DNA of 63,374 nucleotides, filler included, from Trichomonas gallinae (GCA_008369845.1; 7 parts of 7 records of this genome joined end to end with filler, not necessarily neighbours in it), one strand, 5' to 3'. Shown: positions 44,784 through 55,727, counted from the first letter of the whole stretch. The notes: a model not told the origin generated them from the letters alone. A program made the numbers and translations.

Positions 44784-46148
44784 TTAGTCTTTTTGTGGTT
44801 CGAAAAGTAATGTTTCATATCTAAGTCTTTCCGCTTCAGCCACGGAATCATTGTCGCGTCTTTCAACTTTCTTCTTAATAGGAAGCTCTCTCTTAACAAG
44901 TTTCCTGTTGTTGCCTTTCATTACAAATCCTTTCTTTCTCACGTCAGGATGCACCCTTTCTCTCGGTTTCATGAGGCCAGCAAGCATCTTCTGCTTTTCA
45001 GCTTCTTTCTTCTTGGCTGTTATGCGTTTGATAACTGCTGCGCGTGCTTCTGGACCAGCTTTGTCAGCTTTAAGAGAAAGATTTCTATAAAAATTATATA
45101 TATCTTCCAGTTGGTCCATTGGCGGATTTGATCGTCCTGGCTGACCAAAAATAAACTCGTGCAGATTAGCAACGACTTCTGTGAGATTTTGTAATTCGAT
45201 ATCTAAATCTGTTTTTTCGTATTCGTTAATTTCATCGGCTTCTTTATATTCTGTATTCAGCTCTTGTGTTTTATCTAAAATCTTAACAGCTTCTTCGCAT
45301 ATTTTTTTGCGCATTAAAACTTTTTCGCTGTCTGTTGGTCTTGAGTATCTACCCAGCAAGTCATCATATTCCTTTGCAAGGGAAACAGCTTCTAACTCGA
45401 AAACTGACAAACGATCTAAAATTTGTTTTGGCTCTTTAAAGAATTGGAATGGATCAGTTGTTCCTGGTGGCGACATTTTGAGTAAAGTGTCTTTGTGCCA
45501 GATACTTTGCTCAATTTGCTCTGCCACTTTCATATTACTTGCTTTTAATAATGTTAATTCATTTTCAAGCTGTTTTATTAAAACTGTTGTTTCAACAGAA
45601 GACCTTGAGAATGTTTCGGCTTCTTTCATTGTTCTAGCAAGTTTTGCTTCGAGTTCAGTTGCTGCAGCTTTGATTGAATAAGTATCATCTTCAATTCTAT
45701 CGAAATCAGTATTGACCTGTAATTCTCGTGCTTTTTGGATACGATTAAGCTTCTCAACTTTCTTCTGTTGTAACTCTATTGCTGTATTGGTTCTGCATAT
45801 TTCGCGTTTTTGTTGCACAAACTCATCCATCGTGACTTTTCGTTTAATTGGATTTGGTTCGCGGCTTGTATATGAATATTGAAAGTTTTTTGAATTTCGT
45901 AATTCTGTTGCACGTGTTGTGAAGCCTGAAACGCGCGGAATTATAGAATTTACTCTATCTATAAGCGAAATTCTTGTCAATGATGAATGCACTGATCTCG
46001 AAGAAAGTTGTGTTGGAGTATTCACATCTGTGAGAAAGATATTTTGCTCTTTTGTCACTGTGAATGGGTTGCTGGATGAGTTGTAATCGACAGGAACACC
46101 ATCAAAGTACTGAGTGTGATTCAAAATTTCGATTTCATCTTCATCCAT
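44784..46148 (-). CDS. Coiled-coil protein, DUF4200 / CFAP100(CCDC37)-like flagellar protein
   Basis: DEFVQQKREICR...; FFKEPKQILDRL...E pattern typical of CCDC37/38; long heptad repeats. Confidence 0.65.
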   Translation of the reverse strand: MDEDEIEILNHTQYFDGVPVDYNSSSNPFTVTKEQNIFLTDVNTPTQLSSRSVHSSLTRISLIDRVNSIIPRVSGFTTRATELRNSKNFQYSYTSREPNPIKRKVTMDEFVQQKREICRTNTAIELQQKKVEKLNRIQKARELQVNTDFDRIEDDTYSIKAAATELEAKLARTMKEAETFSRSSVETTVLIKQLENELTLLKASNMKVAEQIEQSIWHKDTLLKMSPPGTTDPFQFFKEPKQILDRLSVFELEAVSLAKEYDDLLGRYSRPTDSEKVLMRKKICEEAVKILDKTQELNTEYKEADEINEYEKTDLDIELQNLTEVVANLHEFIFGQPGRSNPPMDQLEDIYNFYRNLSLKADKAGPEARAAVIKRITAKKKEAEKQKMLAGLMKPRERVHPDVRKKGFVMKGNNRKLVKRELPIKKKVERRDNDSVAEAERLRYETLLFEPQKD

Positions 46149-46154
46149 TTTTTT

Positions 46155-46331
46155 GTTACTTTTTTCAATGCACGTTTTTAATTAGTCACTTTTACATCTT
46201 TGTCATCTTTACATTTTTTTACATCGTCACTTTTAGAATTTGGCACTTTTATTACGTTTTTTATTGACATATTTATTTTCAATTATTTGTTGACATTTTT
46301 TAAAAATACATTATTAAAATTTGTCACTTTT
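46155..46331 (-). promoter_or_regulatory. Cluster of AAAAGTG(A/C)C (motif-2-like) elements
   Basis: GTCACTTTT at 46185, 46226, 46323; GGCACTTTT at 46242; GTTACTTTT at 46155; upstream of the CFAP100-like gene. Confidence 0.6.
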
Positions 46332-47381
46332 AATTTGTCGCTGTTGAATTATATACTATAAAACTAAGTTACAAAAAACTCTGCTTACTCATTTTTTTTA
46401 ATGATGCTTATAGAAATGGTATGTGTTTGACTAAGACAGTCATGAAATTTTGCGAGACAGGATTACTCAGATATTTTTCGTCACTATGTATGATTCGGCA
46501 ACGTTGGCACTTTTTACATTGAAATATTAATATTCGAATGATATGCATTAAAAATGATTGTATAATTATTCGAATATGGAGCAGTTTTGTTTGCTGTGTC
46601 TTTTATTTTGAAAACGCAATTTTTCAATCTAACTATACATTTGTATTCGAATTTTTTAGAAGGCATGCTAAAATTAAACGATTTCCTCATTAAATAAGGA
46701 GAGTTACGAAGGAATAAAATAAGTTTAAATTATTATGAATTATTCAATGCATATTAACCATCAAAATCCATAATATATCGCGATTCGTGCGAACAAGATT
46801 GGTCAGTTTTCAATGCGTTGTGCCGAGTGTATGGACTTAGTATGTTCATCCCTAGAGCACTGAATGCTGCTTATTTGCCCGCAACATCTTATGAATTCGG
46901 AATGAAGAATTATCAAAGGATCTTATGGCTGACTTTTCATGTGTTTTGGGATTCTGTTGCATGGGAATTGATTGTGACCTTAATATGTTGCGGTTGGCCG
47001 ACTCAGATCAGCAGCATATGGAGCATGCATAACGATTTCAAGTATTGGTCGCAATGTGTGATATTGAAAATGCAAACACTAAACCGAAACAAGACAAAAT
47101 CTATTGCCAAATCGAAACAAACAATAAAAAAACAAACATTTTTCCTTACTATATCATATATACCATATATGATAAAGAAATATAAGGAAATAAAAGATTG
47201 CCACCAAAGGTTGGAAGAAAGAGATAATGATGACTTTCATCTTAATGAATAATTCTCCAATTAATCATTTTCTGGAAAAAATTGAAATTATTTTGTTGGA
47301 GCAGTCCATTAATTTTTTAAAATAACGCTAACATATAAAAAGAAGGGTCTATGTGACACTATATGATTTCTTCGTATTGTT

Positions 47382-48125
47382 TCAATTTCCAATAAGTTGT
47401 TTGGCGACAGCTGAAAATGGAATTGGAAGCAGTGAAAAATGAGACGACACAATATATGTTGCTATTGTAGCTAAAATAAAGAATGACAGTCCAATGCAAA
47501 CGCATGCAAATCTTGTATAAAATGATATTCTTGCTGCTTTATAAACCAAATATGAGTAGATTGCATAATATATAAATAATATGTTGAACTCACTCGGAAA
47601 TTCTTGTGGAATTTGTCTAATTTGATGAAATCCATTTTCATATTTAAAAAAAATGTATATATTATAGGGGATAAAAATTAGATATTTTCCATACGTATAT
47701 ATTCCATTAAATATACTGGAAATGAAAATAGGTGATATAAATCCTAATAAATTAATAAATATTGACAATAAGAAGTAAATGGTGACTCGAAGCGCATACA
47801 TTGGCACGTAATATAAGATAAATTTGAGATTAAATATCTTGTAAAGCCTCGAATTTGAATTTGGAATTATTTTAAAACAGTATTCGAAATTTGCGCATAC
47901 TTGATCAGATGAATCTGCAGAAAAAGCTTTTGTAATTAATTTGTATCGATATAAAATGTCATTACATGTTGAAAAATCGACTGAATCGTTAATTCTTGAA
48001 CAATAAACCTGCATTTTTTCAAAGTGATCTTGTCTGTGCTTAACAATATTCCAAGTCACTTGAAATTCCTTGCAAACGTTGCATTTGGATTTAGAAATAA
48101 CTTGAAATATAAAAAAGAATAGCAT
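47382..48125 (-). CDS. Saposin-like (SAPLIP) domain fused to a multi-TM C-terminus
   Basis: Signal-like MLFFFIFQVIS, six-Cys saposin spacing (CNVC...C...C...C...C), then 3-4 hydrophobic segments. Confidence 0.65.
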   Translation of the reverse strand: MLFFFIFQVISKSKCNVCKEFQVTWNIVKHRQDHFEKMQVYCSRINDSVDFSTCNDILYRYKLITKAFSADSSDQVCANFEYCFKIIPNSNSRLYKIFNLKFILYYVPMYALRVTIYFLLSIFINLLGFISPIFISSIFNGIYTYGKYLIFIPYNIYIFFKYENGFHQIRQIPQEFPSEFNILFIYYAIYSYLVYKAARISFYTRFACVCIGLSFFILATIATYIVSSHFSLLPIPFSAVAKQLIGN

Positions 48126-48677
48126 TATTATTTTTGTCAAATTAACTATTTACATGACAAGAATGAATTTACTTGTCAAATTTAGAAAAGAAAGTTATAA
48201 TTTACATCTGAAGTAGAAATCAAATCTGTATTGTTATTATCATTTTTTACCTTAATATAAATAACAAGATCTGTGAAAATGAGTGTGAAGACCAATTCCC
48301 GACTGAGTTTCCTGACAACATCATTATGACTGTTTATTGAAGCAAACATCAAAGCTGTATTATTGAATTTTTTTTGTTAAGTTGATAGCAATTCCAAGAA
48401 CTGAGAGAAATAGTTTGACAATATATTTGGGCTTTTTTACTGAAGATCTATTCAAAGATGACATCAATTCAAAAAAATGTTAGAAGGAGTTTGAAAACTT
48501 CAAGATGACCATCCCCTGAAGTTCGAATTAGACCACAGTTATATGGTAAAAAATGAGTCATACTTATGTACATTTAGAATCCACAAATATATATATATTG
48601 ATGGTATTAAAACCGATACAGATACTTGTCAAATTTAATATTTACATGTCAGATATTTGGCACTTTTCAAAAATACC

Positions 48678-51599
48678 ATGTATGAAATTGGATATCCAGG
48701 TTATTGCGTAACGAACGGAGCTGACAAAGATACCGTGTACATATCAGGTGGAGGTGGCAGATCCAAAGTTGGAATAGATAATTCTGTTAAGGTTGTTAAG
48801 ATAAACAAAAATAATTTGGAAACAGTTCAAAAATATGACTTTGAAGATGTCGTTTCCGTCGTTAGATATGAAGAAGTCGGCAAAAAGATGATCGCTGCCG
48901 CTGTAGGTCCACATATTAAATTATGCGATTTGAAATTTAGAGAAATTTCCGATTTTAACACAGAAGCTACCGAAATTCTATTCAGAAATGTCGAATTCTC
49001 CCCAGACAGAAAGAAATTGCTCGCAATAGATGGAAATAATACTTTATATCTTTTAACTCTTCCAGGATTAAGACTTATCGCAAAAATGGAAGCTCCAAAG
49101 TCAGATGCAGGCAAAACTCTTACTCAACGTGCCGTTTTTTACAAGCATAAACCAGATAATTATTGTATCGCGATAACAAACAGCAAAGGAATCAAACTAT
49201 TAAATCCAAATGACGATTTATCTGAAATTGCTTCAACATCAGAAGATTTTAACTGCGAACCAAGGCATATTTCATGCTTTAATGACTTAATCACAGTTAT
49301 CGGAAATTCTTCTGCGAGAAAGTGCCAAATTATCCAAGCTGTTTATAGTGATGGAAAGATCAAAATCGAAAGACGAAAGGAACCACTCAAAGAAGCCATC
49401 ACAGCAGCTACATCTAATGCAAATCAAATTGCAATTGGTTCTGCTGCAGGAGATGTTCATGTTTTCGATAGAAAATCGCTTAAATTCATCTATATGAAGA
49501 AGAATGTTCACAATTTCCCAATTACTTCTTTATCTCAGATTAATGATTCTGTTATTACAGCTTCAATCGACAGAAGATCATGTTTGGTTAAGAAGACAGG
49601 TGGAACTGCATTCAAAGTTTTCTTCATCTTGATGATGCTTTTGATTATGCTCGCATCATCCGCTTATGCTTATCTAGTCTTCCAAATGGGCAGAGATTAC
49701 AACTCAGACATCAAATACGCAACAGAACAATTCGACAAATACAAAAAACTTTCAAAAGAATATTATCAAATTTATTATCCTATTGTTATCGGCCACGCCA
49801 AGAACTACTCGTGTATTGCTATCGAAAAGGCGAAGCTTTATTCAAATCTGGCTGTTGAAAAGGCAAAACTCTATTATCAACAACTCACAAAGAAGAAAGA
49901 AACGCAACCAGAAGAAAATCATGATACAACAGAACCAGTTCCAACACCAGTTCCAGAAGTCGCTGAATCACCAGCTCCTGAAGTAGCTCCAACACCAGAA
50001 GGAGAAAACAATCCAACACCAATTTCTGAAACTCAACCAGAAGAAAATCATGATATAACAGAACCAGTTCCAGAAATTACAGAAACACCAGTAGAAGAAC
50101 CAGTTTCTGATACTACTGAAGGATCAACACAAGCAGAAGAAATCAAACCTACACCAGTTGCTGAAGCAACTCAAGCACCAGTTTCTGACAATACAGAAGA
50201 AATCAATCCAACACCAGTAGAAGAAAGCACTGAATCACCAGCACAAGAAGAAGTTCCAATTCCTGAAAAGGTTGAGCCAACACCAGAAATAACAGAAACA
50301 CCAGTAGAAGAAGTCACGGAATCACAGACTCCCGAAGAAACAGTTCCAACACCAGCAGAAGAATCTGCTCAACCATCAGGTGAAGCAAATTATCCAAAGG
50401 CAACACCTGAACCAGCTAAAGAAGAAGAGAAGAAGAATGAAGAGCAGCAGAAGGAAGAAATTGAATCTGGACAACTTAAACCGGACGAAACAGCTGAGAA
50501 AATTGCAGAACCAGAAACTGCTCAAGAACAATTGCAAAATGAAGGTGAGAAAGATCCAGAGCAGCAAAAGCAAGAAGATGAAGCAACTCAAGAGCAAACT
50601 AAAGAGGAAGAAGTTCAGAAGCAACCAGAAGAAATTGTTTCAGAACAGCCTAAATTAGAAGAACAACCAGGAAATTCTCAAGAACAGCCAAAGGAAGAAG
50701 AAACAATTCAAGAACCAGTCAAGGATGAGAACGCTCAAAGCCAGCCAGAAACTATTCCAGAACAAACAAAGATTGAGGAAGAAAAACCTCAGGAAGAAGT
50801 TTCACCAAAAGTTGAAGAAACAAAACCAGAGCAGGAAAAGACAGAAGAAGTTGTTGCGAAAAACCAACAACAAGAACAGAAGGATGAAAATCAGCCAGCT
50901 TCAGAACCAACAAAAGAAGAAGCTCAAGAGCAGCCTAAAGAGGAAACCTCAGAACAACCAAAGACAGAAGAAGAACCCGTAAAAGAAACAAACGAAGAAC
51001 AGAAAGTCGGAGAGCAAGAAAAACCAGCTGAAGCAATTCCAAATGCCACAACAGAGGGTGAAACAGTCCAGGAACAACCAAACGAAGAAGCTGTTAATGA
51101 AGAATCAAAATCTGAAGAAACACCAGCACAGGAAACAGAAGCAGCCGAAGAGAAACCAAAGGAAGAACAAACAACAGTAGCTGCTGGTGATCAGCCATTG
51201 ATTGAAAAGATATCACAAAGCGATGAGGTCAATCCAGAAGGAACAGAACAGCAAGCAGAAGAAACTACTCAGCAATCTGAAGATAAACCAACTGAAGAAG
51301 CAGCTCAAGAGCAGCCAGTTGAAGAAACTAAACCATCAGAAGAATCTGTTCCACAATCTGAAGAAAAACCAGCCGAAGAAGAAAAGCCAAAAGAAGAAGC
51401 TACTCAAGAACAACAAGCTGAAGAAATTAAACAAAGTGAAGAAGAAATACTGTCAGATAAATCAGCTCAAGAGCAAGCAGAAGAAGTTAAGCAAGATGAG
51501 GAAGCACAGAACCAGGAATCAAATCAGCCTGTTTACTCAAATCGCCGCACAAAGCATGGCCGTTCTCATCGCCATCATGGCTATAATGATGAGCTTTAA
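48678..51599 (+). CDS. SEC12: Sec12/PREB-like Sar1 GEF with long acidic luminal domain and C-terminal NDEL
   Basis: IGYPGY...SGGGGRSKVGIDN (Sec12 glycine loop), WD40-like repeats ending HNFPITS...TASID, single TM, about 600-aa E/Q/P/T-rich tail, terminal NDEL. Confidence 0.8.
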   Translation: MYEIGYPGYCVTNGADKDTVYISGGGGRSKVGIDNSVKVVKINKNNLETVQKYDFEDVVSVVRYEEVGKKMIAAAVGPHIKLCDLKFREISDFNTEATEILFRNVEFSPDRKKLLAIDGNNTLYLLTLPGLRLIAKMEAPKSDAGKTLTQRAVFYKHKPDNYCIAITNSKGIKLLNPNDDLSEIASTSEDFNCEPRHISCFNDLITVIGNSSARKCQIIQAVYSDGKIKIERRKEPLKEAITAATSNANQIAIGSAAGDVHVFDRKSLKFIYMKKNVHNFPITSLSQINDSVITASIDRRSCLVKKTGGTAFKVFFILMMLLIMLASSAYAYLVFQMGRDYNSDIKYATEQFDKYKKLSKEYYQIYYPIVIGHAKNYSCIAIEKAKLYSNLAVEKAKLYYQQLTKKKETQPEENHDTTEPVPTPVPEVAESPAPEVAPTPEGENNPTPISETQPEENHDITEPVPEITETPVEEPVSDTTEGSTQAEEIKPTPVAEATQAPVSDNTEEINPTPVEESTESPAQEEVPIPEKVEPTPEITETPVEEVTESQTPEETVPTPAEESAQPSGEANYPKATPEPAKEEEKKNEEQQKEEIESGQLKPDETAEKIAEPETAQEQLQNEGEKDPEQQKQEDEATQEQTKEEEVQKQPEEIVSEQPKLEEQPGNSQEQPKEEETIQEPVKDENAQSQPETIPEQTKIEEEKPQEEVSPKVEETKPEQEKTEEVVAKNQQQEQKDENQPASEPTKEEAQEQPKEETSEQPKTEEEPVKETNEEQKVGEQEKPAEAIPNATTEGETVQEQPNEEAVNEESKSEETPAQETEAAEEKPKEEQTTVAAGDQPLIEKISQSDEVNPEGTEQQAEETTQQSEDKPTEEAAQEQPVEETKPSEESVPQSEEKPAEEEKPKEEATQEQQAEEIKQSEEEILSDKSAQEQAEEVKQDEEAQNQESNQPVYSNRRTKHGRSHRHHGYNDEL

Positions 51600-51829
51600 A
51601 GCCTATCACAATCTTTTATTATATCTAGATAAATCATATGTTGAATAGTAAAATATCGAGATTTTTATATTTGAAACAAATGTAATCTTTTGAAATCAAT
51701 ACATCAATGAATGATATTGGAGAATTTTTGATCACATGTTACTGAAGTCATCATAAAAAGCTGCTCCATATATAAATATAGAATAAACAAAAAAATTGTC
51801 ACTTTTGCAAATGATAAAAGGAAAAAGTT

Positions 51830-51895
51830 TGGTTCCACCAGGAATCGAACCTGGATTTAGGGATTCAGAGTCCCCAGTGATAGCCATTACACTAT
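51830..51895 (-). tRNA. tRNA-Gln(CTG), 5' end lost in gap
   Basis: Minus strand ATAGTGTAATGGCTATCACT-GGGGA-CT-CTG-AA-TCCCT...CCAGG-TTCGATT-CCTGG-TGGAACCA, followed by a T-run terminator. Confidence 0.95.
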
Positions 51896-51995
51896 NNNNN
51901 NNNNNNNNNNNNNNNNNNNNNNNNNNNNNNNNNNNNNNNTTAATTAATTAANNNNNNNNNNNNNNNNNNNNNNNNNNNNNNNNNNNNNNNNNNNN
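51896..51995. other. Assembly gap spacer
   Basis: N44-TTAATTAATTAA-N44. Confidence 0.99.
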
Positions 51996-52061
51996 TCGCG
52001 GACTTGAACCACGTACCTTGCGATCTTCAGTCGCACGCTCTCCCAGGTGAGCTAAAGGCCC
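51996..52061 (-). tRNA. tRNA-Phe(GAA), 3' end lost in gap
   Basis: Minus strand GGGCCTT-TA-GCTC-ACCTGGGA-GAGC-G-TGCGA-CT-GAA-GA-TCGCA-AGGTA-CGTGG-TTCAAGT-CCGCG. Confidence 0.95.
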
Positions 52062-52457
52062 TTACATTTATTTAAATGTATAATTATATATAATTATAAC
52101 TAGATTTATATGTCAAAATGTCAATTTTTTTGACATATAAAATATTTGTTCAAAAAAGTTTATGAAATCTGTATAGATATCTGATCATATACATATTAAA
52201 TATATTATCTATCTATTCTTTCTATTGATTTATTTACCTAACATTATGATTTTATCGCAGGATTTCAAAATCAGTTTTATTAAACTGCTATGCCATTCAA
52301 ACAAACCATTTTAGCTCTTTGATTTGTAATATACATTATTAAACTCTTATGATTTTAAACATATATTGGTTGATTATCTAATGATAAAAAATAATTCTTA
52401 ATTATATATAAATGTGTACTTTAAAATCAATATAAATAAAGAAACTAAATCTAAATC

Positions 52458-53807
52458 TTAGAGCTCAGCTGCCATCTTCTCCCATGTGCTAAGATTTGAA
52501 AAGAACTGGGCTCCAATATCTTCAAAACAACCAAAGAACTTCTGATCAGCTTCTAAAAGCTGCTGAGTGCAGAATTTGTAAAATCCAATTTGATCTTTAG
52601 GTAAAGGAATCGGATTCATCCTATCCATGCCTCTGGATATCGGAAGTCCGAGTTTCCTCTCATCATCACCTTGGATATACCATTCATCTGTCAATCTTTT
52701 CGCCATTTTAATTGCATCATGGAAAGGTCTACAAGTATTCGAAAGATCTGCTAACTTCATGATCGCTTGACATGCTAATGTTCTCATTTCATTTGATCCG
52801 TCGAATTTTCCAATGTTTTCATTTATTGTATCTACGAAATATTTATGTCTGCTCATATCTGTTGAAAAGATGATGTCTGTAACAAGCTGGAAGAGATATT
52901 CTTTCTGTTCTTGTGTTATATTGTTTAATGTGTAATGTAAATATTTTTGTATTAAAATTTTTGCAAGCTTTTGGTGGTGATTTTCTAGCGGTGGCAAATC
53001 CGGGCCTGACTCCTTAGCAAAATCTGAATTTGTTTTTCGATGGAAATCGTTCGTGTGGCCGTTATGCTCGAGATCGTGACAAATTACACTTAAAAGCAAA
53101 GCCAATTTATCTATGGACGACAACATTCTACTCACTGGCTCCATGGAGATGAAATAATACACAAACTGCGTCGCATCTGTCGCATGGCGCCAGTTATGAT
53201 AGGGAACAGAATTATAATGAGACTGTACTTCAACGATGAATGGAATAAACTCGTTCCAATTGAGTGGAAGCTTATTATCTTTGAGTGAATAGTAGAAGAA
53301 AGAGAAAATCGATTCGAATTGAGTGTCTTGATTGATAACTTCAACTGAGAACTTGTAAGAACGATAGCGTTCTATGTCAGATTGTGAAAGTGATACAACG
53401 TGTCCAAGAAGTGTAACGAAATCGTATTTGCAATCTCTAAGCCTTTGTTCGATTTCATCAATAACATCTTCAGGGAAAACATCGATTTTTTCTTTGGAAA
53501 GTGTAACGACAAATGCATCATTATTGGAGTATTTGAGCCTTTCCGCATTTACGTAAAGTGGGCCGGTTACGTTTCCAAACTTTTCAACTTGTAGACTTTT
53601 AATATGGTGTAGTTCGTCAACGAGTATATCTGGTATTAACTGAAACACTCCATCTTCGTCAAAGTTTTCGATATCTGTTGAGTAAACATATACGTTTTGA
53701 TAATCATTGTGTATTTTAAAGACTATCGAAGCAAGTGAATTAGTGGAGGTTGTTAAACGGTGCGTTGACTTAACAACGAGCCCATTTAAATCTCCCCGCA
53801 AATTCAT
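52458..53807 (-). CDS. Class I 3',5'-cyclic nucleotide phosphodiesterase
   Basis: YHNWRHATD, HDLEHNGHTN, LENHH, TDM, KLADLSN, EWYIQGDDE, QIGF. Confidence 0.96.
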   Translation of the reverse strand: MNLRGDLNGLVVKSTHRLTTSTNSLASIVFKIHNDYQNVYVYSTDIENFDEDGVFQLIPDILVDELHHIKSLQVEKFGNVTGPLYVNAERLKYSNNDAFVVTLSKEKIDVFPEDVIDEIEQRLRDCKYDFVTLLGHVVSLSQSDIERYRSYKFSVEVINQDTQFESIFSFFYYSLKDNKLPLNWNEFIPFIVEVQSHYNSVPYHNWRHATDATQFVYYFISMEPVSRMLSSIDKLALLLSVICHDLEHNGHTNDFHRKTNSDFAKESGPDLPPLENHHQKLAKILIQKYLHYTLNNITQEQKEYLFQLVTDIIFSTDMSRHKYFVDTINENIGKFDGSNEMRTLACQAIMKLADLSNTCRPFHDAIKMAKRLTDEWYIQGDDERKLGLPISRGMDRMNPIPLPKDQIGFYKFCTQQLLEADQKFFGCFEDIGAQFFSNLSTWEKMAAEL

Positions 53808-54525
53808 TTATAATAAAAAAATCTTTAATCGCTAACTTTGATAATGAATAAAAGTGACATTCGATATAAATTATTTTTAATAAAACATCAAAAAATAGTC
53901 ATAACACAAGCTTTTATACACGATTTTATAATGTTGGTGACTAAATTCTTCGTTTTAGCAGGTTACATGGGCGGTTATAACCTTAATAATTCTGAGCTAC
54001 TTTATCTGATTCTTTTCGATTCTTTTGTTAAGTTTACAAATCGCATTGCAACATTCAATCACTGATTATCATGTTATTTTCTCTTTTTGGGTGTTATTTC
54101 ACTACTATCTAGAAAAGAATATCATTTTTCTATCGTTTTTAAAGCATCTGATCATTATCTTCTATAATGAATACTGCCATAATAAGATATACCTATATCT
54201 TATTGTTTCTCTTGAGTTTCAGAATGATAAAGCAAAATATTGTGAATTTTGCAAAATCAATAAAACTTCCAAATAGCTTAACATTTTGACTCTTTCTCAT
54301 TAAATAAGCAATGCAATATGGAGGATATTTGAACAAAAGATTTTTTATCATGCTGCAATGAATCAATTATTTCTCAAAAATAAATCTTGCTGGTAATATT
54401 TTGGCCATTTTATTTGACGATGTCCGTGGTATCAGCTTTCAAAAGTTAATTGAAATTCGATATGTTAGAAATAACTGGAACCACCGCAGATTTGAAGTCA
54501 TGATAATATAATTTAACATTATCCA

Positions 54526-54790
54526 TAATGTTTCTATTTTGGTGAAAAATGGTCTATTTTGGAGGTTCAAAAAAAATCGGGCCTCCGGCGATGATAGCGC
54601 CGCNNNNNNNNNNNNNNNNNNNNNNNNNNNNNNNNNNNNNNNNNNNNTTAATTAATTAANNNNNNNNNNNNNNNNNNNNNNNNNNNNNNNNNNNNNNNNN
54701 NNNATACTCCCCTATTCCATATGTATCCAACAGGCATGGTTTCGAGGCGATCTGAAAATGTGGAGGGAGTTCCCCCCCTTTTGTATTTAT
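54526..54790. mobile_element. Hairpin-bearing dispersed repeat, copy 1 (spans a gap)
   Basis: 54526-54603 is identical to 59492-59569; TCTATTTTGG x2 at 20-bp spacing; GC-rich core is related to the reverse complement of 62921-62990. Right end approximate. Confidence 0.75.
54604..54703. other. Assembly gap spacer
   Basis: N44-TTAATTAATTAA-N44. Confidence 0.99.
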
Positions 54791-55271
54791 ATCACAAAAT
54801 CAACAGTGACACAGTTAAAATACTGAAATTCAAACTTTTTTTTATTTTTTCAATATCATCTTTTAAATTCAAAGAAATAACATTTGTATCTAGGAATCAA
54901 AGGTGGGATAGTTAAAATCCAAACTTCACGTTATAGATATATTAATTAATTTTCAATATGCTTTTCCAACATGAATGCTATCATATTTATTTCACAAAAT
55001 CTATAATGACCCAGTTTGAATTCCAAAACTCATGAAATAAAAAAATTCAATAAATAAAAACTTAGATTTATGATGGCGCTTAACTTAAATAAGTACCTCA
55101 TCTATCTTTTAAATGACAATCAGTCTCTGTTTGGCTTTGATTTTGATCTAAATCTACTGAGAATTAAAAATTTTGACATTAAAACCTTGTAATATTTACA
55201 TGTCAAAATTTCTCAAAAAGATGAATTCAGATCTGACAAAAATGTGACATTCCGGTGAATCTCATTTTTTG

Positions 55272-55727
55272 ATGTTTGAAGATCATACGGACAGACGTCA
55301 CCGCTCTAATAAATATGTCTCCATCTTTTCCGGCATCCTCTTCGGTGCTGCATGGATGGTGTTCATTGATGCCGTCATTGTTACTTATAAAATTGACAAA
55401 TGCAGAGCATACGAATGGGTCGGCGGAATTGCTGGCACAATAGGTTTATTCCTCATCGAGAATCTTCCGTCAGCCATGTTCCAGAAGAAAGGCGGCTGGA
55501 GTGAAGAAGCTGAATGTTATCAAAAGGTTATACTCATTATTGCTACATTCCTTCTTTTCGGTGGAATGGTTTCTGCAATTTGGATCTTCCTCGGTGCTAA
55601 ATACTTCGTTGAAACTACGAACGATTTGGTTAAATTCCGTGGATGGGGTGCTATTCTCCAGACATTTCTCATCATGCTCTCTGCCTTCGCATGGCGTTTC
55701 ATGTGGCGTGATCCATCAGATTACTGA
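55272..55727 (+). CDS. TMEM50 / Vps68 (UPF0220) family 4-TM protein
   Basis: SGILFGAAWMVFIDA, GIAGTIGLFLI, LLFGG...AIW, GAILQTFLIMLS; Inr TCATTTT at 55262. Confidence 0.88.
   Translation: MFEDHTDRRHRSNKYVSIFSGILFGAAWMVFIDAVIVTYKIDKCRAYEWVGGIAGTIGLFLIENLPSAMFQKKGGWSEEAECYQKVILIIATFLLFGGMVSAIWIFLGAKYFVETTNDLVKFRGWGAILQTFLIMLSAFAWRFMWRDPSDY

Noticed and set aside
46780..47252. 144-aa TTG-start ORF in a GC-richer patch
   Set aside because: No Inr/ATG context or recognisable motif; cannot be supported as a gene
48260..48560. Coding-like text between the saposin-TM and Sec12 genes
   Set aside because: Short, stop-interrupted and unassignable
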